A stretch of DNA of 64,000 nt from assembly GCF_001194135.2 (NCBI RefSeq), contig NC_068998.1, positions 2,202,433-2,266,432 of the forward strand, given 5' to 3'. This stretch comes from Octopus bimaculoides (Eukaryota). The position numbers and the translations under genes were made by a program. Positions 40,560 to 51,417 of the stretch are shown piece by piece (the stretch's first letter is position 1; each line of letters starts with the position of its first letter). Under the pieces are notes generated by a model that was not told the origin of the DNA, did not search any database, and saw nothing but the letters and a program-made list of their open reading frames with translations.

Positions 40560-40830
40560 GTAGGCAGTGAGTGTGGCGGAAGATCTGTGAAAATTAGAGT
40601 GGAATGAAAGTGGAGGGGAGAGGGTCTACGAGCTGAGGGAGTGGACGGGCTTTTGAAAGTAACATGTGATGTCAGTTGCAATGCCACTTGGTGATGAGAC
40701 ATGTAGCATTGAATGTGGGAGATCTGTGGGGAGAAATGAATCTGAAGTAATGTTAACCTCTGGGATAGGTGGCTGGGGGGGAGTAAAATCACCAGACCAT
40801 GTGATGTAGATGAGTTGGCTGTGTTAGTGT
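40560..40830 (-). mobile_element. Highly degraded CR1/Jockey-type LINE 3' remnant
   Basis: Frameshifted fragments ..ITWSG.., QCYMSHHQVA and LSPPLSFHS resemble the CR1 RT C-terminus (HIWSGA, QPLSHRRNVA, VPPPL); weak. Confidence 0.35.
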
Positions 40831-40865
40831 GTATACATATATACACACACATATATACACACATA

Positions 40866-41086
40866 TACGAAGGGCTGCTGAAAAGTTCCTGGTTGTAAGA
40901 GTATTGTGAAAGGCCTGACTGGAGGCCCAACCTTCAAGTTCTTTTTGCAAGGCTTAGAAAAACTGAAGGATCGCTGCAATAAGTGTGTGACTCTGAGAGG
41001 GGAATATGTTGAATAAAATCATAATTGACTGATTCTCCTGTATTTTCTTTTATCCAAAGCCAGGGACTTTTCAGCACTCCCTCATA
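40866..41086 (+). mobile_element. Mariner-derived MITE
   Basis: TIRs tacgaagggctgctgaaaagttcctgg / ccagggacttttcagcactccctcata; internal GLEKLKDRCNKCVTLRGEYVE is a transposase C-terminus. Confidence 0.85.
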
Positions 41087-41219
41087 CGTACACACATCCA
41101 CAAGCACACACATCTCATTCTATTCAGTAATTTCATTTATAACACAAACTCACCCCCGCTTGACCCCTCAGCCTCAGTTCCAAGACTGTTGCTTATAATC
41201 ATCAATTTACCAGTTTCAG

Positions 41220-41302
41220 AATCTCTCTTCATGTTGGTGCCGAGAAAGTGAATCTAACCAACAACAACAACATCAGCCGTCCACCACTGAGGTTACGGGT
41301 GG
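41220..41302 (+). CDS. Candidate C-terminal exon
   Basis: tttcag|NLSSCWCRESESNQQQQHQPSTTEVTG+GG|gtaagt; 83 nt, phase 0-2. Confidence 0.5.
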
Positions 41303-41423
41303 GTAAGTTGCTGGTTGCACAAACACCTCCATCTCCCCCCACCACCACACTCACGTTTTCAGCTGTTGCACTCATTAATCTCCTCTACATAATTACTGTG
41401 TCTTCCAATTAAAATTTCTTCAG

Positions 41424-41507
41424 TTCTGACACAGGTCCACAGACATTGCCAGCAAAACAGAAGTGTGGGAGGCAGGGAGCTGGGAACACACCTACAAGGG
41501 AACAAAG
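41424..41507 (+). CDS. Candidate C-terminal exon
   Basis: tttcttcag|T+SDTGPQTLPAKQKCGRQGAGNTPTREQ+AG|gtatgg; 84 nt, phase 2-2. The donor lies in the head of a SINE. Confidence 0.45.
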
Positions 41508-42539
41508 GTATGGCTGTGTAATGAAGTTTACCCCACAACAAAGTGGATTTGAGTTCAATCTCACTGCGTGGTACCTTGGACAAAGGTCTGCTTCTTTAGA
41601 TTCAGGTTGACCAGTGCTTAGTGAATGGAATTTGGTGGACAGAAGCTGTGGAGGTCCATTGTAGATAGCATCATTCAATGTCCACTTTTCTGTGCTTGCA
41701 TTTGTTAAGATGGAATGTGTTGAGGCAAATGTTTCTATAGCTGGATGCTCTTTCTGTCACCAACCCTCGTCTGTTTCCAATCAAAGGCTATCGTTTGACA
41801 GAAAACTAATTTCCATAAATGATTTATATATATATATATATATTTTTTTTATTATTATTTTTAAGTTTCTGAATATCTTAAGTATTTATTCAATCTCAAT
41901 TTTAAGAGAATTTAGACTATCAGCCAATATCAAAGATATGATATTTTGAATAGATGAACATAAGTGAACATAAGTAAACATAGGTGAACACACATATTAC
42001 ACATTAATGTATTTTCGAACAAATAATTAACAGGAACAATTTTTGCTTCAGCATGCTAGAACTTGCATGATTTTTGCTTTTTTGTTTGTTCGTTTGCTTG
42101 TATTGGGTTCTTTCTAAAGATATGGCTTTATCTCCTCCTCCTCCTCTTCATCAATGAAACTAATTATCATTACTATTATTGCTCTTTAGATACTAAGTTC
42201 AAATCCTGGCAAAATCTACTTAGCATCTCATTCTTTTTCTAATTAATAAAATAAAGTACCGCCTAACTACTGGGGTTCATGTCCATCTAATTGACTCTGC
42301 TTTGTCTCCCAAACATTTCTAGACTTAATAATTATGTTAGAAAGGCAGTGCGCTGGCAGAAACGTTACTCCAAGGTCGACTTTACCTTTCATCCTTTTGG
42401 GGGTTGATGAAATAAATATCAGTTGAACCCTGGGGTTGATGTAGTTGACTATCTCATACCCAACAAAAGTTCAGGTCTTGTATCTATAGCAGCAGAAAAG
42501 ACTATTACCTTATTTTAGTAAGACTTCAGGTCTTAACCA

Positions 42540-42900
42540 GTCACATACTGGGGGCTCTTCATCAAGTCATGTGACCCATGTACCTTTAGCAGGATTTCTA
42601 CAGTTCCAAGTTTTTGTCTATTTTTGTAAAGTTACAATATTAGACATTATATTTAGCTTGGAGATGTGTTGCAAACTTGGTAGGAACAAAGCCAACAGCT
42701 CCAATTACTATTGGCACGGCTTTAGTTCTTGAGTTCCACATTCTTGAAATTTCCAAACTGAACACTCAATATTTATCAATTTTTTTTTCTCAAACTCTTT
42801 GCCATACTGTGGGTATCTGGGGTAGCTACATTTGAAATGTCATATTTTTGCATTGCTTTTCTAAGCCATAAAACTCCCCAGTTAATGGTACTGTATCACT
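42540..42900 (-). mobile_element. R4/Dong-type remnant
   Basis: Reverse strand reads KIDKY..LEISRMWNSRTKAVPIVIGAVGFVPTKFATHL. Confidence 0.7.
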
Positions 42901-43995
42901 CAATCTGTTTGGATTTTAAACTCCCAAAACAGTTTTTGTAAGATTATTATTATTATTATAGTGACGGATTGGCCGAACCATTAGCATGTCAGATAAAAAA
43001 GCTAAGTGGTATTTCTTCCAGTGTTTTTTACATTGTGTTCAAATCCCACCAAAGTCACATTGCCTGTTGCCCTTTCAGGGTCAATGAAGTACCAATCACA
43101 TATTAAGGTTGATGTAATCAACTTGTCCCCTCCCTTCAAAATTGCTGGTCTTGTACCATTATTATTATTTTTATTATTATTATTATTAGTAGTAGTAGTA
43201 GTAGGGCAGCAGATTGACAGAATCAGCAGGGTACCAGACCAAATGCCTTATATATAATGATCAGTCCCAACCTATTTCATCTCTAGCTGGGGTCACCTTT
43301 ACCCATCAAATACTCCAGTGAATATAGTCAACAGTTCCTTTCATCAAAATTTGGTGGGGATTTCCAATATTAAAAAACCATCATAACATTAAATATCAAG
43401 ACAACTTATTAATACTACATTTTAGCATAAATTATTAGAATATAAATTATTACTATTTTAATATTATCAATAAATATTACTATTAATTTTATTAAATTGT
43501 TATTGTAATTTATAATTTTAATATTATGAGCATTGCTATTATTTTATTAAATATTTTTGATATCAAGACCTGTCCTGTTTTACCATTAGATATTATCATC
43601 ATTATTGATATTATTATTATCAAATATTACGAAGACTGAGTTGGCAGAATTGTTAGCACGCTGGGCAAAATGCTTAGCAGAATTTTGTTCAAATCCCACC
43701 AATGTCAGCTTTGTCTTTCATACCAGCTAAGCAGGGGGGGGGGGGGTCAAACCCTTCTCTTCAAATTGCTGACCTTGTACCAAAGATTGAAACCATTATT
43801 TCTCTTATTGTCATCACAAAATATTACAATTCTGCTTCTTCTTCTTATTATTATTATATAAACTATCAACAGTTTATTACAATTCCCATTGAGCTGTCTC
43901 ATAACAAGGCAGCCCCCTTTTTCATTCTTTATATATTTCATTTTCTATGCGTCCCCCTATTTTTTTTTCTTCTTTTCTTTTGGTATTTCATGTAG

Positions 43996-44023
43996 GGAGG
44001 AGCCACCAGTCCTGACCAACAAG
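43996..44023 (+). CDS. Candidate 28-nt microexon
   Basis: Long pyrimidine tract ...tttcatgtag|G+EEPPVLTNK|gtaaag; phase 2-0, compatible with the upstream chain. Confidence 0.5.
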
Positions 44024-44790
44024 GTAAAGGAGCTAAAAACACAAATTTGCTGAAAAAAATATGGCTTTTTCGGTAGCCGTTGGCTGTCTGTCTATCTTTC
44101 AATGTGATGATCAATTACTTTGTCGCTTCAGTGTGAGATCTACAAGAACACACTGACGACGACGACGATGATGCTAGTGGTGTTAATGTTTATATGATGA
44201 GGATGATGAGGAGGATATGGAGTCAAATAACAATGACAAGAACAACCACAAAATAATTATGGGACTGTTTCTATCGGTTGAAGTATTATGATACTGTATA
44301 AAGATAAAGCAGTTGGTGTCTTCAAGATAATTGTGTGTAAACAAATATATTTATACATATATATATAAACATATGTATATTCACTTATATATGTATATAT
44401 TTATAATTATATACATTATATATATATATATTTATGAATAGATTAAATGATAGGAAATTGAATGAATTGTATTATTTGAACTCACTGAGAAGTGGTTTTA
44501 AATAATGTCATTCATTCCTTTTTCTATCATTTATCTATTTGTATAAACTCTATGTATACTATGGAATTACTGATGTATATCCTGTTGCTGGAGCATTTCC
44601 ACTATATGATGACATTAGGTAGCCAATAATGGTGGACAAGCTTTACATAGCATTCTACAAGGTTTTTACCCGAATCTTATTTAACATATTTATGTGTATA
44701 CATACATATAATAATTGTATAATGAATTATATAACAATGTGTTATATATATATGCATATTTATATGTACTATATAATACATATAAAATAT

Positions 44791-44824
<34 letters not shown>

Positions 44825-44836
44825 CATATATATGCA

Positions 44837-44890
<54 letters not shown>

Positions 44891-44948
44891 TGATGATGAT
44901 TTATATGTAATGCATAATACATATAAAATATATGATTTTTACATTAAG

Positions 44949-44984
<36 letters not shown>

Positions 44985-45742
44985 AACCTCTCCAAGGTTT
45001 ATCTCTACAGGGGTCAATAAAAAGTATTAATCAAGTTTTGGGGGCCAATAAAATCAAATGGTCCCTTACCCCTGTATTATGGCCTTCTCCCCATATAAAA
45101 GCAATTATATATATATGCCATATACGATAATAAGGTTTATATGTATAATATACTCTAATACCATGCAATAAGATATTATTATTATTATTATTATATACAA
45201 GTCCTCCCCATCTGATATTTTTGCTTATGATTTCTTTAACTAGTTCAGGAAAGTGGGTTTTTTTTTTCTCTCATAACAGAAAAAGATTAGAGAACAAAAA
45301 AAAAACACATTCCTTAATCTTCTCTTCTGTTCTATTTGTGAATCAGTTTTCCTTTTTTCTGCACTTCTTCATTCTCGAGCAGCTGTTCTATATTATTATT
45401 ATTATTAAAGTGGTGAGCTGGCAGAATTGTTAGCGTACCGGGCAAAATGCTGTGCAGTATTCTGAGTTCAAATTCTGCCAAGGTTAACTTTGTTTTTCAT
45501 CCTTTCAAGGTTGATAAATAAAATACCAGTTAAACACTGTGGGTTGACATAATTGACTAGCCCACTCCCCACATATTTCAGGCCTTGTGCCTATATTAGA
45601 AAGGGTTGTTATTATAAATATTGTGTGATGTTTTTGAAGGCTAACTTGAATTTTAGACTAGCTTCAAAGATATGATTAGTCTAATACAATAACACAAATA
45701 TTGTGTGTGTGTGTGTGTAAGTGTGCACACATATCTATATAT

Positions 45743-46016
45743 TAAAGATTATTTGCCAACATAACATGGCAGTCCTGGTTTAGGACGAATGTTACTGTAA
45801 TTTAGCCCCAGGAGACATCATCTCCAGCTGGCTATACGACATGATCTGTGTCCTTATATTTTCGAACAAGGGCATTCAGCACCCACCCCTTGTTCAAAAA
45901 TATAAGGACACAGATTGTGTCATGTAGCCAGCTGGAGACAATGTCTCCAGGGGTTAAATTACAGCAACATTTGTCCTAAACCAGGACTACCATGTTAGGT
46001 TGGCAAATAATCTTTA
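45743..46016. mobile_element. Fold-back MITE with about 125-bp inverted arms
   Basis: Left arm taaagattatttgccaacataacatggcagtcctggtttagg... is the reverse complement of the right arm ending ...ggttggcaaataatcttta; loop about 20 nt. A partial copy lies at about 61075-61165. Confidence 0.9.
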
Positions 46017-46679
46017 CTCTAGAGGACTGTTGCTGAATATCTCTTGATGTGAGATTTACAAATAGTAATTTCCAATGTCTATATATATATACCTATGTAT
46101 ACATACACACACATACACGTGTATATATATATATATATTCATATGCATAAATGTATACATATACAAGCATATATATACACATGCTTCTTTCAAAGCCCAA
46201 ATACACAAAAACCTCAAATATTTTACATATATGTCACAAAGACATCCTGATAAATATGCAAAATTATTACAAAGGCATGTGAAAGCACACACACACACAC
46301 AAAGGAAATTTCAGCGTCTTTTGTTCACTTATTTATATATTTTTTTATTGTTTCATCCCCCACCCTGTCCACCACATGTTATATTTAAGCAAACACTCTT
46401 CCCAACTGCTCTTGTATTTGAACTCTTGTCCTTCCTTGATCATCCTGTCAATAAGTTTTCATTTATAAACCGCAGTAACGCCTACATTACCAAAATCTCT
46501 CTCATGTCCTCCCCTCACTGTCGCTCTGAACTTTTACCACTTTTCATTTTCCTCTCTCATATTGACTTGTAAACTCTCTGCCTCCACCTCACTGTATAAG
46601 TATGTATTTATCTGTATCTGTGTGTGGATGTGAGTGTGTATGTGTCTTTGTTTGTAAGTGTTCATTTCTGTCTATATGC

Positions 46680-46720
<41 letters not shown>

Positions 46721-48189
46721 TTCTTTTCTATTTGTCTATCACTATCTGCTTGCCTATCTGTACCTGCTTCTCTCTCTCTCTCTCTCTCTGTATTTATCTG
46801 TCTCTTTCTCCCTGTCTGTCTCTTTAAGTCAGTCTCTCTCTCTCTCTTTCTCGCCCTCTCTCTTTCTCGCTCTCTCCTAAAACTCTCACCCCGTCTGACT
46901 TAATGTTGAAGAAATTAACTGAAGATCTATTGGAATATTAAACTGACCCCAACGTTAAGTTAAATGGTTACTGATTCCTCCAGTTGACCAAAAAAAAATA
47001 AATAAAAAAGAAAAAAACTGTTAAAAATCAAAACTCCAGTGGCCAGAATCCAATGGCCAGTAAATTATTCAATGTAAACAAACACCAAAAAATACAAACA
47101 AATTATTTGGTGATATCTTCTGTCCATTGTATTATTTAAAAACAAAGTCTGAATTTTGTGTAAAAAAAACAAAAAAAAAACTCGGTAAATTAACCTCATT
47201 ATGTTTTGTCATCAGTGTTGTTGTTCTTAAATTATTATTATTATTATTGCAAGTGAAAAATTGGCAGAATTGTTAGCATGTTGGGAAAATGCTTTATGTC
47301 TTGAGTTCAAATTCCATTAGGGTCATCATCTTTGTCTTTTATTGTTTTGAGGTTGATAAAATAAGTTCCAACTGGACATGAATTGATCCAACCCTGCTAC
47401 ATACAAAATTTCGGACCCTGGGCCGATAATACAAAGAATGATTATTATCATTATTATGATTAATGCTGCTGTTGGTTTGTTTTAAAGAAGCCATTCCTGG
47501 AAACCTAAACAGCAAGTTGGACATTTTACTCTGGATGTTATTTCTGATTAGCAATGACATATTCTAAGAATATTTTATATAAAGAAAATGAAAGATATTG
47601 GATTCAAGAGAAGATTATACATATAGTATGAAATATTGTATCTACAATACTGGACATGTTGCAAGGTTCTGTTATATAATAATAGAGGTGTATAACTTTT
47701 ATTTAATGTGTACCTATATAGCTGAAGATAAATGTTGGTGAGAAAACCTAGTGTTTCTGTTTAATTAACTGTTCACTTCATTAACTGTTCACTTCAGAGA
47801 ATACCTCTTGCCATTATCACCATTAGTAAGACAGTAAACCAATGGTTTGGAAATCAACACCATTCCTCTTGAACAATTATGGTATAAAACATAAAGCTTG
47901 TTAAATTTCGTTGCAGTTGTTGTGAAGAGGGTCTTTAGTAGAGGAAGGAGAAACTACTTGAGCGTCATTCTATTGTGGAGACAAATTACAAATAAAAATA
48001 TAAAGAAAGAAAATAACCTTTGATTCCACAAATGGTTATTGGTTTGTTTGTAATTTACCATTACCATGACATATTAAACTATGATGTACGAATAAATGTA
48101 CAATCTCTATACGCTACATGTTAAATTGTGTTATCTCATATAGACACACACACGCACACACAAAGGTCTGCTGGGTTGATACTTTATTG

Positions 48190-48409
48190 TATAAAGGGCT
48201 GCTGAAAAGTTTCTAGCATGAAGGATCTTGTAAAAAGCCTGGCTGGAGGCCCAACATTCCAAGTTCTTATACAGGGTTTAGAAAACCTGAAGGACCACTG
48301 CAATAACTGTGTGAATCTGAGAGGGGAGCATGTTAAATAAAATCTGAATTAACTGATCCTTCAGTATTTTTTTGGTCCAGAGCTAAGAACTTTTCAGCAC
48401 CCTCTTGTA
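48190..48409 (+). mobile_element. Mariner-derived MITE, second copy
   Basis: Collinear with 40866-41086, with the same TIRs and TA ends. Confidence 0.85.
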
Positions 48410-49558
48410 TTTTTTTCCCCAGTTGCTGGTAAATGAATGCAAAGCAAGTTTTTAATGCATGCCACTGGATAGAGAATATTGGCCATTGAACAAGGAACTC
48501 CAGTATCCAGACCCCTACAAGATCTGGTAAGTATTTCATACACCAAGGTAAAACTGAACATGGAACCTTCTGTGGCTCCTGCTGAAAAGTCCAACCCATG
48601 CCAGCATGAAAAATGGACGTTAAATGATGATGATGATATATAAAATAAAATGTTAAAAATAGTTTTTAAAAAATACATTGAAACACACACACGCATATAA
48701 ATGGTGGATATTCCGTTGGTATCAACAGTGAGTTTTGTATTGCTGGACCAACTCAATTCATTCTTGTGAAATTAACGTGCAAGTGGCTGTGTATACCACA
48801 GATATACTGTACTGTCTCGGGTCAAATCAATGTGACGAGGTTGGGCTTTAAATTACGGACACAATTCATAAAGAGAAAGTAAAATCTACCCCCGAAGGAT
48901 GAATGTTAAGTTGAACTAAGCAGGATTTGAACTCAGAAATCTGAGACAAATGCAACAGAACGTTCTACCCATCGCTCTAAACATCTAGGAGCCCCCATGC
49001 CAAGCCTGTTCCGTCAGTGCTTTTTCAAAGTATATTTAGAACTACATATGTAATGTATCTTTTCTTTATGAAGACAATTAGATGTGGTCTGAGGGAGATT
49101 TGGCTGTTGTTTCCGTTGCTCCGGTGAGCACGTAAGGATTGTTCCAGTTGACAATCTGACGACAGCCTGGAATAAGAAAGCAAGCCTAAAAAGACGCAGT
49201 TATCTCCCGTAAGCCTTCTGTAGTTATCTCCCTTTAACATGGGAGATAACTGCGACCTCAGACTAATATATTTTTACAGAAAGAAAAGAAAGAAAAACAT
49301 TAAAAGTATAAAAGATAAATTTATCGAAAAAACCCCCCAGCTATCTCAAGCAACGAAAATAAAAGAAAAAAATTATGTGGGGAAGCAGTAGAAGACAGAG
49401 TGGGAGGGAATAACGGGTTATACGTCTCAGAACAACTGGCGTGTTCAGCCGCAACTCGCGCATGACAAAATGCTTAGCATTTTGATTTCAAATTCCGCTG
49501 CGGTCAGCTTTGTCTTTCATCCTTTCGGGGTTGATAAAATAAAATACTACTGCCACTA

Positions 49559-49601
<43 letters not shown>

Positions 49602-51381
49602 AGCAACAATGAACGAAAGAAACTCAAGAGAAAGTAACTCACTCGTCCGCTGATAACAATTTTTGAAACATTTTTATCATAAAAAGAAAAAAATATATAT
49701 AATTTGCAACGGAAGCAGTATCAGTTAAGAAAAGCATTCTGTATATCCTACTCAACGAAGAGTTGTCCCCCATTAAAGGTGATGAGTGTCGCGATAATTA
49801 TCTCCCTTGAATTAATAACCATTTGTTTCAATGTTGACGAGTCATGTGGAAGATCGCGTTTAACAACAAAATGAGTTTTGTTTCAGGTGAGCTATAATCA
49901 ACAGCGTTCCAGCCATGGCCGTTTGTCTCTTTGCATACCTAAGATTAAACTAATGTAATCTCTTATATTTCTAAGTCAATAGGAAATTAAGTTGAGGAAG
50001 TTTTAGTTACTATTTCTAGCATGTCCAACGACCATGCAGAGGTTGTTATTCGCTGTCCCGTAGGGACATGAAGCAGAGGTAAATGCCAGCTCAACGTCGG
50101 TCTCACACATCAGACGTTATTTCTATATGATGACAGCCGATAAAAATATGGACTGATTGGTTGATCTCACACTTTACATTGTATAGAGAGAAGGAAAGAG
50201 AGAGAGAGAGAGGAGGGGGAGGAGAAAGAGAAAGGGGGAAGAGAGTTAATATAAGAAGATAACGTCAACAGACCATTGAAGTCGACAAGAGTGGTAAGTT
50301 GATGGTGAAGATGATAAAAGTTATATAGTCGATGGATGCCAAATACACATCACACACACATGCGTGCATGTATACAAATAACAAATTTGTTTTAGTTAAT
50401 CTTTTCGAAAATTAGTATTCATTTCAAAGTCGACCTCGGAGGAATTTGAACTCAGAGCATAAAGACAGGCGAAATACCGTTAAGCATTTCGCCCGACGTG
50501 CTAACGTTTCTTATTTCTTTACTGCCCGCAAGGGGCTACACACAGAGGGGACAAACAAGGACAGACAAAGGAAAAGGGATTAAGTCGATTATATCGACCT
50601 CAGTGCGTAACTGGTACTTATTTAATCGACCCCGAAAGGATGAAAGGCAAAGTCGACCTCGGCGGAATTTAAACTTAGAATGTAACGGCAGACGAAATAC
50701 CGCTAAGCATTTCGCAAAATTTTTATTTACCACAAGGGGACAACAAAGAGGGGATAGTACAATCTGATATGGGGTCAGATTTCACGTATGAGTTAACAAA
50801 AAGATGAATTAAAAAATTTTACATAAATATGAATAGTTCGAATGATGACATATACAAGACAGCAATGCGGAATGAAGTGGGGAGGCGGGATATGCTCGGA
50901 CCCCACGAGCCCCGTCTCATCACTGATGCGTCGGGTTCTTCCTGCGTTGTATTCATGCAGTTCCATCCACACGCAACATTTATGCGACATTCTTTCATCG
51001 ATCTTGGAAAATTTTCGCGGACAGGTATTTTTTCTCTAACACTATTTTCCTTCTTAGGTGGACGGTGAAGAAATTCGCCAAGCCAGGACCAGAGATAAAG
51101 ATGCCTGTTATTAACCCTTTCATTCGCGTCTTCCAAATCACCTCTGTCGCAATTGCTACTACGATGTATCTATATACATGTTATATACATGTATTTATAT
51201 ACATGTGTATATATATATATATATNNNNNNNNNNNNNNNNNNNNNNNNNNNNNNNNNNNNNNNNNNNNNNNNNNNNNNNNNNNNNNNNNNNNNNNNNNNN
51301 NNNNNNNNNNNNNNNNNNNNNNNNNNAAAATGACAGTTAAAACAAAGGGTAGCCATGATAAAACTCGGAGCTTTATCATGG

Positions 51382-51417
<36 letters not shown>

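Noticed and set aside
40420-40584. Minus-strand terminal-exon-like ORF IFRHTHCLRLTWLQLD...
   Set aside because: No recognisable homology or convincing in-frame upstream exon; overlaps a + strand candidate exon and a probable CR1 remnant.
41154-41253. Minus-strand exon-like segment IHFLGTNMKRDSETG...
   Set aside because: Antisense to the phase-consistent + strand exon 41220-41302; an open frame of this length can occur by chance.
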